Assembly (NCBI GenBank): GCA_965261545.1
Contig: CBDHDF010000011.1
Span: 384,001-448,000 of the forward strand
Length of the DNA stretch: 64,000 bases
From: Bdellovibrionales bacterium
GTDB taxonomy: Bacteria > Bdellovibrionota > Bdellovibrionia > Bdellovibrionales > UBA1609
Direction: 5' to 3'
Part shown: piece by piece, positions 53,367-62,466 of the stretch
How the letters are laid out: the number at the start of each line of letters is the position of its first letter
How positions within the stretch are numbered: position 1 is the stretch's first letter
Program-made: the position numbers and the translations under genes
Notes under the pieces: model-generated
What the model was told of the DNA's origin: nothing
The model's input: only the letters and a program-made list of their open reading frames with translations
The model's database searches: none

Positions 53367-53642
53367 CTAATTGTTCAGTTCATCCAGCATAGATTCCTTC
53401 ATTAGCTCTAAAGACTCATTAATAAGGTGATCTGTTTGAGACCAATCCAGATGAAGCACCATAGATATTTCTAAAATAGAAAAGTGATACCAAAATCGAA
53501 GTATAATAGAAATTTTATGTTTCTCTGGTAACCTTGCCACATGTTTCCTTACCCACTTTCTTCCATATTCAATAAGTTTCTTTTCATAAATGAATTGCTT
53601 CAAAAATAAATCCTCGCTTTTATAGGTTTGTAAGTCTTCCAT
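53367..53642 (-). CDS. Sigma-70 region 4-like HTH protein
   Basis: VARLPEKHKISIILRFW..FSILEISMVL. Confidence 0.65.
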   Translation of the reverse strand: MEDLQTYKSEDLFLKQFIYEKKLIEYGRKWVRKHVARLPEKHKISIILRFWYHFSILEISMVLHLDWSQTDHLINESLELMKESMLDELNN

Positions 53643-53645
53643 CCA

Positions 53646-54056
53646 CTAAGAAATGCGACGTAAATCTCCTTTCACGGGGTGTTGATGTTCATAACCACGA
53701 CCACCGCCATCACTATGACTATAGACATGCTGTTTATCCTCATGAATTTGGAGTTTTTGAGCCATATTAGCCTCTTTAGTCTTCTGAGCCTTCTTAAGTC
53801 CTTGAGACTGAGATTTGAGATGCTGACTTTTTGGAGGCTGAGACTTCGCATTCTCGTCATTGAGTACATCGTCAACTTCCTTGAGCATTTTTTCTAAATC
53901 AGCACACATGGGGTAGTAGTAGGATTGGCTTCTCAAAGCTTCCTCCTGGCTATCCCTAGGCTGCCAATTGCATGAATAGCAAATCGTGTAGGATTCTCTT
54001 TCTTCCAAACCTAAGCATTTGCACCTGGGGCATTGATTCAACGTATTCGTCTTCAT
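53646..54056 (-). CDS. Zinc-ribbon hypothetical protein
   Basis: CPRC...CYSC. Confidence 0.6.
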   Translation of the reverse strand: MKTNTLNQCPRCKCLGLEERESYTICYSCNWQPRDSQEEALRSQSYYYPMCADLEKMLKEVDDVLNDENAKSQPPKSQHLKSQSQGLKKAQKTKEANMAQKLQIHEDKQHVYSHSDGGGRGYEHQHPVKGDLRRIS

Positions 54057-54366
54057 ATTCGTATCCTTTCTTGATATTGATCTTGTAAATGCTCATATCC
54101 AGAGGATCGGAGCATACGTTTTGTTTATTGTCCTTAATCATTTCTGTTATGTAGTTTCTGACTCACCATCCTCTATCAGTTCAAAGGAAATCACAAAATG
54201 GCCAAATTTATACTTTCCCGTTCCTAAAGAGACAAAAATTGTCAGTCGTTACATTTAATTATTTTCTTTAATTTAAATTCTTTTCTTCAATTTCTTGGGT
54301 CGATAGAAATCAAATTCCAAACCTCCAAAATAATTAATTTAAAATTTCACCCCTCACGTTTATAGT

Positions 54367-54382
54367 TGCGAAATCTATGCCA
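54367..54382 (-). promoter_or_regulatory. sigma54 -24/-12 promoter facing the conjugative operon
   Basis: Minus strand TGGCATAGATTTCGCA: exact GG-N10-GC spacing, close to consensus TGGCAC-N5-TTGCW. Confidence 0.75.
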
Positions 54383-54399
54383 ACTTTATTTGTGAGATA

Positions 54400-54412
54400 T
54401 TTCAATGACTTA
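54400..54412 (+). promoter_or_regulatory. Putative IHF site upstream of the sigma54 promoter
   Basis: TTTCAATGACTTA vs consensus WATCAANNNNTTR (one mismatch), in the typical position. Confidence 0.45.
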
Positions 54413-54664
54413 GAGAGAAATAGAGTCGAATGACGAAAAGGAAAAAACTTTTTTAAGTACGAAATAAAGTACATAAAAAAAGAATTTATATTTATTTAAT
54501 ATCTTATAAATATATAGTAATGATTGATCAGATTATTTTTTAAGAAATTTATCTTGAAATAAATCATCTTTTATTGTATAATAATTTGTACATCATTTGA
54601 AAAATACTCCACAAAGAATTGAGATCAAGTTACGAAAGACATGAAAGAATAACTGGAGAGACAA

Positions 54665-56038
54665 TTGAGTGAAATATTGAAAGATCCATTAAAAAGCAAA
54701 GTCGTCAGTGTGCATGTTATAGAGGACAGCAAATTAGACTCTGAACTCATTCAAGATCTCATCAAAGTAGAACTAAGAAAGTGTGGATTGACCCCCAAGG
54801 TTTCAGCCACATTCAAAGAAAAAAGCTCTTATAGTGCTTTAAATCAAAATAACTATGATATTGTGGTTTTTGATATTGATCTAGATCGAAGAATGGCAGG
54901 GATTGACCTTCTTGGTATGTTTACTAAAAAGGTACAGTTTCCGATCATCTCCTCTTGCCGTGAGTCAGATGATATCGTAAAAAAAGCTTACAGTCTAGGT
55001 TGTGAGCACTTTTTAAACAAGCCTATCAAGCAGTCAAAGATTGCCCATCTGGTCGATCAATATACAAAGCAAATAAACTCCAAGAGCATCTTGCGAGTTA
55101 TAAAATCAAGATACATGACCCAAGATGAAGAGACCCTCAGTGAGCTTAATAAAGTCACTTCATCGAAAAATGCTCATTTATTTGGACCCACAGGGGTAGG
55201 CAAACAAATCGTCGCTGAACTTATTCATCATATACATTATGGCAACTCAAACCCCTTTGTTGAAAAGAACTGTTCATCTATCACAGAGTCTCTTGCGGAG
55301 TCCTTCCTTTTCGGCCATGAAAAGGGAGCCTTCACAGGTGCCAACAACCAAAGAAAGGGTATCTTTGAGCTTGCCAAGGGAGGCACCGTCTTCTTAGATG
55401 AAATCGATAAGACATCAAAGTCTTTTCAAGCCAAGTTATTAAAAGTTATAGAGAAAAAGGAAATTCAAAGGGTTGGATCTGAAAAATCAACACCTGTTGA
55501 CTTCTCGCTGGTCACAGCAAGTAGTACAGACCTTAATTTCCTTGTGGAAAACGATAAATTCTTACCTGATCTTTGGGAAAGGCTTCAGGTGGAGGTCATT
55601 CACTTGAAACCTCTGAAAGAACGTCCCTTGGATATAGAGCTACAAATGCAGAATTTCATTAGGCTTCATGAGTCAGGAAGACTGTTTGTCATCTCTGAAG
55701 AAGCCCATAAGTTTTTGATGAGTTACCACTGGCCAGGAAATACAAGGGAATTAAAAAACGTTGTGGACAGCTTACAAAGGAAGAATATCAAGATTCTTGA
55801 ACTCAAAGACCTTAAATTCTTACAAAAAAAATCCATCAGACAGCAATATGGCCTCGTCAATCAACAAATACTTCAGGCCATGGAACAAAATGGACTCAAA
55901 AATGTCGTCAATCAAATATGCCGGGAAGCAGTTCATCATTTTTTCACTCAAAATGATGGGAAAAGAAGAATCACAATGAGGCAGCTTGAAATTAGCTCAG
56001 ATACTTTATACAGACACTTAAAAGAAAATATGGGGTAA
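54665..56038 (+). CDS. sigma54-dependent response regulator (REC-AAA+-HTH, NtrC family)
   Basis: IED, VVFDIDL phospho-Asp, LNKP; GPTGVGK, FGHEKGAFTGA, FLDEID, WPGNTREL; C-terminal HTH. Confidence 0.95.
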   Translation: MSEILKDPLKSKVVSVHVIEDSKLDSELIQDLIKVELRKCGLTPKVSATFKEKSSYSALNQNNYDIVVFDIDLDRRMAGIDLLGMFTKKVQFPIISSCRESDDIVKKAYSLGCEHFLNKPIKQSKIAHLVDQYTKQINSKSILRVIKSRYMTQDEETLSELNKVTSSKNAHLFGPTGVGKQIVAELIHHIHYGNSNPFVEKNCSSITESLAESFLFGHEKGAFTGANNQRKGIFELAKGGTVFLDEIDKTSKSFQAKLLKVIEKKEIQRVGSEKSTPVDFSLVTASSTDLNFLVENDKFLPDLWERLQVEVIHLKPLKERPLDIELQMQNFIRLHESGRLFVISEEAHKFLMSYHWPGNTRELKNVVDSLQRKNIKILELKDLKFLQKKSIRQQYGLVNQQILQAMEQNGLKNVVNQICREAVHHFFTQNDGKRRITMRQLEISSDTLYRHLKENMG

Positions 56039-56041
56039 AAA

Positions 56042-56260
56042 ATGAATTTAACAAAAGAAGAAATAAAGCACGATTTGAAAAGAAATATAAGTTCTATTTT
56101 ATCTGGAACAACAATGATAATGAATAAGATTCCTAAGATAGATATTTATATTCGAGAAACAATAGAAGAAATAGAAAAGCAATGTGAACAAACATTTAAA
56201 CTGTTAGACATTTTCACGGAAAGTAAAGATGAAAATAAGAAAAAGCCAAAGGAGGTATAA
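56042..56260 (+). CDS. Small stand-alone HisKA/DHp-like protein
   Basis: IKHDLKRNISSILS resembles an H-box followed by a second amphipathic helix. Confidence 0.55.
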   Translation: MNLTKEEIKHDLKRNISSILSGTTMIMNKIPKIDIYIRETIEEIEKQCEQTFKLLDIFTESKDENKKKPKEV

Positions 56261-56261
56261 A

Positions 56262-56582
56262 ATGAGAAAAATATGGACCATACTTGTTGCTATGCTCGGA
56301 ATGTCGAGTAATGCATCTTCCGCATACTCTGGTTGCTATGATGAAGCCATGGAAGTTTCAACAGAAAGCAACCTTGAAGTGAGTCTAGAACAAAGTGCAG
56401 AAGAAGATTTTGATGAACTTGATAGAATCATGGATTTATACCCACATGCTAGTATTGATGAAAAAGTTGGAATGAGCTTTAAAGCACATAGAATAGCGGA
56501 TCGTCTTGAGCGTCAAGGTTTTGATGTTGCTGATTCTATGTCTCAATCATCAAGAACATGTGACTATTGTGTGAAACCATAA
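56262..56582 (+). CDS. Secreted peptide, candidate RiPP/pheromone precursor
   Basis: GGAGG RBS; signal-peptide-like N-terminus (MRKIWTILVAMLGMSSNASSA), acidic middle, C-terminal SMSQSSRTCDYCVKP. Confidence 0.65.
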   Translation: MRKIWTILVAMLGMSSNASSAYSGCYDEAMEVSTESNLEVSLEQSAEEDFDELDRIMDLYPHASIDEKVGMSFKAHRIADRLERQGFDVADSMSQSSRTCDYCVKP

Positions 56583-56627
56583 CATTCAATCATTATTGAT
56601 GGCATAAGAAAGGATATAAATTCAAGA

Positions 56628-58184
56628 ATGAAAAATAAATTTATTTATATTATTTTATTTATATTCATTATTGTTATAACTTATAGTTTCATTCGTGAGC
56701 AAAGGAATAAGTCAATGTTGATTCAGACAAATTTAATAAGTTTTGAACCAGAAGACACAATGGACCCCACAAGACTCAGGTTTGTCCAAGAATATTTTGT
56801 GCTTGATAACGTCACGGCAAAGCTCACTCAAGTGGGAGACGATGGTGAATATAAAAATGATCTTGCTGAGCATATTAGTTTCTCTGATGATAAACTCACC
56901 ATAGATGTTCAATTAAAGAATGATGCTAGATTTAGTGATGGAAGCCCTATTTTAGCTCAAGATGTGGCTCAATCATTCAAAAGATCCATATTATGGGGAG
57001 TGCCCCATATTGATCTAAAAAATCTTTGGATAGGAGCCGATCAGCTTAAATCTATAAATGAAGATATACCAGGCATTGAGGTTTTATCCAACAAAGAGTT
57101 GCGACTCAAGCTTATCAAACCCACTAAAGAAGTTCTTTTTTTTCTCACAATAACCGACCTTGCCATACTCCATAAGAGTCAATATACAAAGACTCATTTA
57201 AAAGTTTCTGACTGGGAAAGAGTAACTTCTGGTGCTTATAGAATAGGCTACACCAATGAAGGTAGAGTCATGCTCATTTCTAATAAGAGTTCTCATAATT
57301 TTAAAGAGGCCATGCCTCAGAAAGTCGTTTTCAATGGGTATAAGAACGCCAATGTGATTCGACAAATTGAAGAAAAGAGCTTGGACTTTGGAATGTTGAC
57401 TCTCAGTGAATATTTTCCTAATGTAGAAAAAATTGAATCCTCCAAGGATTTTGATATTGTGAGCAATAAGACAGATGGTGTCGTTCATATTGTTCTCAAT
57501 GCCGCATCAGGGCCATTTGAAAATATTGAGAATCGTCAATGGATCCAGAAAAAAATGATGGAAACCTACAAAATTGATGAAAAAGACTCTTCTGTTTTAA
57601 CCAAAGCTCTTCAGTTTTTTCTCCCAAACTCCAAGGGTCATAAAGATGGTGCTGACGTTCTAAGCATTCTCAAAGACATTAATACTTCAAATATTCCTGA
57701 AGAATTAAAAAAAGGAATCACCATAAAAACTCTAGAAGGAATGAAGTATTTTTTACCGGATAATATGGAAATAAAATTATCTCAAACCTTAGGCATTCCA
57801 GTAAATTTGGAAATCAATATTCCAAAAAAAGAGTATTTTCAATCCATTGACAAAGAAAGAACTTTTGATGCCACTATTATGGCTATCTCCATGGACTATA
57901 AAGTTCTCAATGAGGCTCTCAATCTTCAATATTTATCTGAAAATAGTCCCCTTATCGATCCCACAGGGAAAATAAAAGAACTTCTTAAGTCCTATCAAGG
58001 TGAAGATGATCTTGAGAAAGAAAGTGAAATCATTAATAAGATATTGAATCAAATGATTTACGATTCAGAATCAATTCCCATTTTTTATTTTGCATCCCCA
58101 TTTCTTATAAAAAAAGATACCATTCAAAGCTCAAGTGTGAATTTTCATGAACCCATTAAATTTCACAAAATGGTGATGAAATGA
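56628..58184 (+). CDS. Family-5 (OppA/DppA-like) extracellular solute-binding protein, orphan
   Basis: N-terminal TM; MDP, DLAEHISFSDDKLT...LKNDARFSDGSPILAQDVAQSF, TSGAYRI. Confidence 0.88.
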   Translation: MKNKFIYIILFIFIIVITYSFIREQRNKSMLIQTNLISFEPEDTMDPTRLRFVQEYFVLDNVTAKLTQVGDDGEYKNDLAEHISFSDDKLTIDVQLKNDARFSDGSPILAQDVAQSFKRSILWGVPHIDLKNLWIGADQLKSINEDIPGIEVLSNKELRLKLIKPTKEVLFFLTITDLAILHKSQYTKTHLKVSDWERVTSGAYRIGYTNEGRVMLISNKSSHNFKEAMPQKVVFNGYKNANVIRQIEEKSLDFGMLTLSEYFPNVEKIESSKDFDIVSNKTDGVVHIVLNAASGPFENIENRQWIQKKMMETYKIDEKDSSVLTKALQFFLPNSKGHKDGADVLSILKDINTSNIPEELKKGITIKTLEGMKYFLPDNMEIKLSQTLGIPVNLEINIPKKEYFQSIDKERTFDATIMAISMDYKVLNEALNLQYLSENSPLIDPTGKIKELLKSYQGEDDLEKESEIINKILNQMIYDSESIPIFYFASPFLIKKDTIQSSSVNFHEPIKFHKMVMK

Positions 58185-59191
58185 AGCACGCTCAATCCTT
58201 AAATATTTTAAAGAATGTAATAAATTATTTTCAATCACTACCAGATCATCAATTAAAAGTGAAGGATATTAGTTCCGAGCATTTTACTCTTCCTTGCATG
58301 TTCTCTGTATCTGTTAACCACCGAGGAAATCAAATGCAAGGGTTCGGTCAATCTGAATCTAAAGATAAGGCTATTTTTATTGCTTTTATGGAAATTATTG
58401 AAAGAATCCTAATACCAAAGCCTAAAGACTTGACCTACTCACAGAAATATCTTTTTTTCTCTATCAGAAAAAATTATGAGGATCTTTTAAAGTCATTTCC
58501 TAGATCGAGAAATTGGGTTGAAGGCTCTTCCAATGGTTTTGCCATTCATTCGAGTAGAAAAATGGCTCAAAAATCAGCTCTTGACGAACTTATTGAGCGG
58601 CATGTTGTACTTAAAGCTCTTGTTTCTCAGTTTTCTCCGGCCAAGGTGTTAGCACCTAAAATACTTACCCATGGGAGCTATGTGATTCCCTCCGAGATGA
58701 CCTATGAGTTTTATGCTTGGTTAGGACCTTTGGGCAGACATGTGGTTCTTTTTAAATGCCAGATGAATTCAAAGGTGATCTATGGGTTTGGATGTGAGAA
58801 GAGTCTAGAAAGAGCCAAGGAGAAGGCTTTTTTTGAAGCTAGCTCTAGGATTATCGCACTCCACCGATCTCAGAATCCTTCCTTTGTAGTTCTCAATACG
58901 AGTAAAAATTTCCTTTATCATTGGTATGAGGAGACTGCCTGGACAGGAGGGTTTCTTAAAAAAGCCTCCCATGACATGCCCTCTATAGATCACCACCTTT
59001 CATACAGTGATTTTTGGTTTGGTGAACCTCCAAAAAATGAATTTCTCCACCAACTGGGCCTCCATGTGGTCAAGGCTGTTTCCCCAAAGATTCAGCCTCT
59101 CTTTGCAGGACACTGGAAGGCCAAATATATGAACCCCGAAGCTCTAGGGAATGACTACAGCTTTCCAGAAGACATGCATATGATTGGGTAA
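58181..59191 (+). CDS. YcaO-family protein
   Basis: GFG.....AIFIAFMEIIER; SSNGFAIHS....AQKSALDELIERH; GFGC....ERAKEKAFFE; GLHVVKAVSPKIQPL, the ordered YcaO motifs. Confidence 0.82.
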   Translation: MKHAQSLNILKNVINYFQSLPDHQLKVKDISSEHFTLPCMFSVSVNHRGNQMQGFGQSESKDKAIFIAFMEIIERILIPKPKDLTYSQKYLFFSIRKNYEDLLKSFPRSRNWVEGSSNGFAIHSSRKMAQKSALDELIERHVVLKALVSQFSPAKVLAPKILTHGSYVIPSEMTYEFYAWLGPLGRHVVLFKCQMNSKVIYGFGCEKSLERAKEKAFFEASSRIIALHRSQNPSFVVLNTSKNFLYHWYEETAWTGGFLKKASHDMPSIDHHLSYSDFWFGEPPKNEFLHQLGLHVVKAVSPKIQPLFAGHWKAKYMNPEALGNDYSFPEDMHMIG

Positions 59192-59197
59192 ATTGAT

Positions 59198-60946
59198 ATG
59201 AAAAATCGATCCATACGAATCTCTATTTTATTGGCAGCCACCATGAGTCTTTTGGCTCTTGCCACTGTGATGCTGATATTCTTATCAAAGCACGAGGTGG
59301 AAAGAATTCAAGCCAATACTCAATCCCTGGTGCGTGAGCAAATAGAACTCACAGTTAAGAAATTAGATATCTATAGAGTGGTCAATCAAATATCATATAT
59401 TCTCAATATCACTTTCAATCTGGATCGTGTGAATGGAGTCAATATCTTTGATTCCAAATGCAACTTAGTGGATAAGCAACCTGTTAATTTTAAAATCCCA
59501 TGGGACTGTAAGAGCCCTCACCCTGATTCTATGGTTCTTTATAAATCTCAAACCTCGATTTCTGACTCTTCAGGAGCCCCCAAATATATATTGGCTCGCC
59601 TCAAAGATGAGCCCCATATTCTCTTGAATCACCATAGCTTGAAGGTTCTCGTCATATCATTAGTTTTGATTCTTATCACTTTACTTTGCTTGAACTTTTT
59701 AATGAAAAAACATATTCTAAGGCCCATTGACGATTTGGTAAGAATCATTAGAAAACCTGGCGCCCTTGAGAGGAATAGTCAGAAACAAAAAAAGCTCCCC
59801 TTGGAACTAAGAGAAATTTATAATGATGTTTTGTCTCGTGACGAAATCATCCAGCAGAATAAAATTGAACTACTCAAAAGAAATGAAATGGAAACACGAA
59901 GCCATTTAAGTGAGCAAGTCGCCCATGATATCAGGTCACCCATTATGATTCTTAGAGACTACCACTTAAATCACTTAAATTTACATAGAAACGAGGATAC
60001 AAAAGAAAGCGTATACCTCAATGCCATTAACGATCTGGACCTCCTCACCAAGCAATTGATTGAAGACTCTAGTGAGTATGCAAAAAATGTCAATCTCGTG
60101 GGCTTAATGGATGCCCTCGTCGACATGAAAGAAGTTGAATTTCAACAAGGGCCTAAATCTAAGATATTGTTGAATCCTCAGTCTAAGAATTTGAAGATTA
60201 AAACCAATCCCACAAAATTAAAATTTGTTCTTTCCAATATTATCAACAATGCAAGGGAGGCTTCTAAGCATGATGATCCTTGTGAGATTCAAATCAAGTT
60301 GACAAGAGGGGGGCCAGACGCCTTCATTGAAATTGAAGATAACGGGAAAGGTATCAAAAAATCAGACCTCAAGAGAGTTTTTTCCCGAGGGGTGAGCATA
60401 GACAAGCCTGGAGGCAACGGCTGGGGACTTAGTGATGCTAAAAAATTTATTGAAAGCCAAGATGGGACCATCGAGATAGATTCAGAACTCGACAAGGGAA
60501 CCACTGTTAGAATAAAGCTCCCCATATTTCTCTCAAATTTTCAATCTCGTGGGCAGGCTCCCTTTGACCATGTTTTGGTGGAAGACTACAAGCTCAGCCA
60601 ACTTCTATGGCTTGGAAAGGCCGATAGCAAGAAGCTCAACTTTGCAGCCTTCTCCTCACCCTCAGAATTTTTAGAGAATATGGAACTGGTGAGTCCCAAT
60701 GCCACCTTGTATATCGACTCTCACTTTCCCGATTTTCCCATGCGTGGCGAAGAATGGGCCAAGGAGCTTTACAATAAGCACGGATTCAAAGAAATATATA
60801 TGTGCTCTACATCCTCCATCGACATCACCGACATGCCATGGGTCAGAGGGTGCGTTGCCAAGCATAAGCCTTTTGAGATTGTCACTACAACCTCTGTTTC
60901 TTTAACATCTCATGTAAAGAAAACGTTCCCGTGGAGTACCCTATGA
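59198..60946 (+). CDS. Membrane sensor histidine kinase with degenerate C-terminal receiver-like domain
   Basis: Two TMs around a periplasmic domain; VAHDIRSP, NIINNAREA, DNGKGI, GNGWGLS. Confidence 0.93.
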   Translation: MKNRSIRISILLAATMSLLALATVMLIFLSKHEVERIQANTQSLVREQIELTVKKLDIYRVVNQISYILNITFNLDRVNGVNIFDSKCNLVDKQPVNFKIPWDCKSPHPDSMVLYKSQTSISDSSGAPKYILARLKDEPHILLNHHSLKVLVISLVLILITLLCLNFLMKKHILRPIDDLVRIIRKPGALERNSQKQKKLPLELREIYNDVLSRDEIIQQNKIELLKRNEMETRSHLSEQVAHDIRSPIMILRDYHLNHLNLHRNEDTKESVYLNAINDLDLLTKQLIEDSSEYAKNVNLVGLMDALVDMKEVEFQQGPKSKILLNPQSKNLKIKTNPTKLKFVLSNIINNAREASKHDDPCEIQIKLTRGGPDAFIEIEDNGKGIKKSDLKRVFSRGVSIDKPGGNGWGLSDAKKFIESQDGTIEIDSELDKGTTVRIKLPIFLSNFQSRGQAPFDHVLVEDYKLSQLLWLGKADSKKLNFAAFSSPSEFLENMELVSPNATLYIDSHFPDFPMRGEEWAKELYNKHGFKEIYMCSTSSIDITDMPWVRGCVAKHKPFEIVTTTSVSLTSHVKKTFPWSTL

Positions 60947-62466
60947 AAAAAGTAGGTGCATGTTTATTAATTTTACTTGGAATTGTATCTTTTATCTCTT
61001 TAATTTTACTCATTGCCATATCTTTTGATACATCTTTTGTAAAAAGAATATGGTCAGTTCTTCTATTTGATGAAAGCGCCATGAGTGCTCTAATTTCATG
61101 GTTAATTCTCATATTTTTTATGCATGCTCTTTTTAGTATTCGCTATGGAGAATCTCGAATTAGAAAGGCATTAGATTTTACAAACCATGAATTAAAAAAA
61201 ATTGGAACATCTAGAAATTGGGCACAAACTGAAGAAAATTATCAAAAATTGTGTAATATATTTTATCTTCCTCGTTGCGAAATACTCTTGCATTACTGGG
61301 AAGAATTTTCTGAATCTGTAGTATATGATGCCATAGAGTCAGAAAACAGTGAATACTCCTCTGAGTATGTAAACACCGAGCCTGCATCTAACTTTTTCAA
61401 CGCCCAATCCATTATCGTGGAGTACGACGATTGGGCACTAAACAAAACTGGTTATTTTGAAGGAATACCAACCATATTAACCGGACTAGGAATCCTTGGC
61501 ACATTTATTGGAATCATTCAGGGGTTACCCGAATCATTAAATTTAGAAAAAGATCTTCCAGCATTCTTAATTGGAATGAAAGGTGCTTTTACTACATCGA
61601 TACTTGGACTCTTTACTGCAATTACATTTACACTTATCGAAAGAATGTTATTCAGTCGTTTAGAACAAAAAGTAACAGAACTATCATCTTGCCTTGACTC
61701 TGCACTTCGTCGAAAGACTCAACAGGATTTTTTGGGGCGTATTGAAGAATATTCACGCAAGCAATACAGTGCTACACGTGAGCTCGCAATGGAGATTGGT
61801 CAAGAAGTTGTTAAAGGCATTACTGGTGGTGGAATAAGCACTGTTGAGATCTCTGACTCGGTTAAACAAGGGGTGACTGATGGGTTTGAAAGACTGTCAA
61901 AAATTCTGCAGAATCTAAGTTCTGCTCACGAGGATTTTGTCAAATCTGCAAATGACCTGAATGAGAAATATCGATCGATTGGACTCAGCGTGTCTAACCT
62001 TAATTCTGCATCCACAATCTGCACTAATACATTTGAAGTGAGCGCAAGGGAATTCTCATCGACAGCATCAAGTATTAGTGAGGCAAACAAGAGTTTGATA
62101 AGTACCACACTCGAAACTACCAAAAATATTTCAGAACAAAAATCAGTAGTTGAGTCTCTTGCAGCAGCATCAGTTTCTACAACAGAGAGTCTAAGTCAGC
62201 TTGCCACCACCAGTACACGAGTGGTCCAAGAGTATCAAGTTTTGTATAATGATTTTTCCCAAAAGGTAAACGCATTCAATTCTGAGAACAATAAGTCCCT
62301 TGAAGCTAACTTGAAGCTATTCGACCAAGAACTTGCAGGTGGAATGAATAAATGGAGAGATAACATAAACGCATTAAAGTTCATGCTTGAAGACTTGCAG
62401 CCTACGGTGGAAGAGTTAAATCAAAGCCTAACACAATTCAATAAAAGTCAGCGAGAATCTCAATAA
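60943..62466 (+). CDS. zorA: Zorya ZorA (MotA-like channel with long helical tail)
   Basis: WEEFSES, IPTILTGLGILGTFIGI, GMKGAFTTSILGL, coiled-coil tail. Confidence 0.87.
   Translation: MKKVGACLLILLGIVSFISLILLIAISFDTSFVKRIWSVLLFDESAMSALISWLILIFFMHALFSIRYGESRIRKALDFTNHELKKIGTSRNWAQTEENYQKLCNIFYLPRCEILLHYWEEFSESVVYDAIESENSEYSSEYVNTEPASNFFNAQSIIVEYDDWALNKTGYFEGIPTILTGLGILGTFIGIIQGLPESLNLEKDLPAFLIGMKGAFTTSILGLFTAITFTLIERMLFSRLEQKVTELSSCLDSALRRKTQQDFLGRIEEYSRKQYSATRELAMEIGQEVVKGITGGGISTVEISDSVKQGVTDGFERLSKILQNLSSAHEDFVKSANDLNEKYRSIGLSVSNLNSASTICTNTFEVSAREFSSTASSISEANKSLISTTLETTKNISEQKSVVESLAAASVSTTESLSQLATTSTRVVQEYQVLYNDFSQKVNAFNSENNKSLEANLKLFDQELAGGMNKWRDNINALKFMLEDLQPTVEELNQSLTQFNKSQRESQ

Noticed and set aside
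56598..56615. Second sigma54 promoter (TGGCATAAG...) upstream of the SBP gene
   Set aside because: No GC at the -12 position
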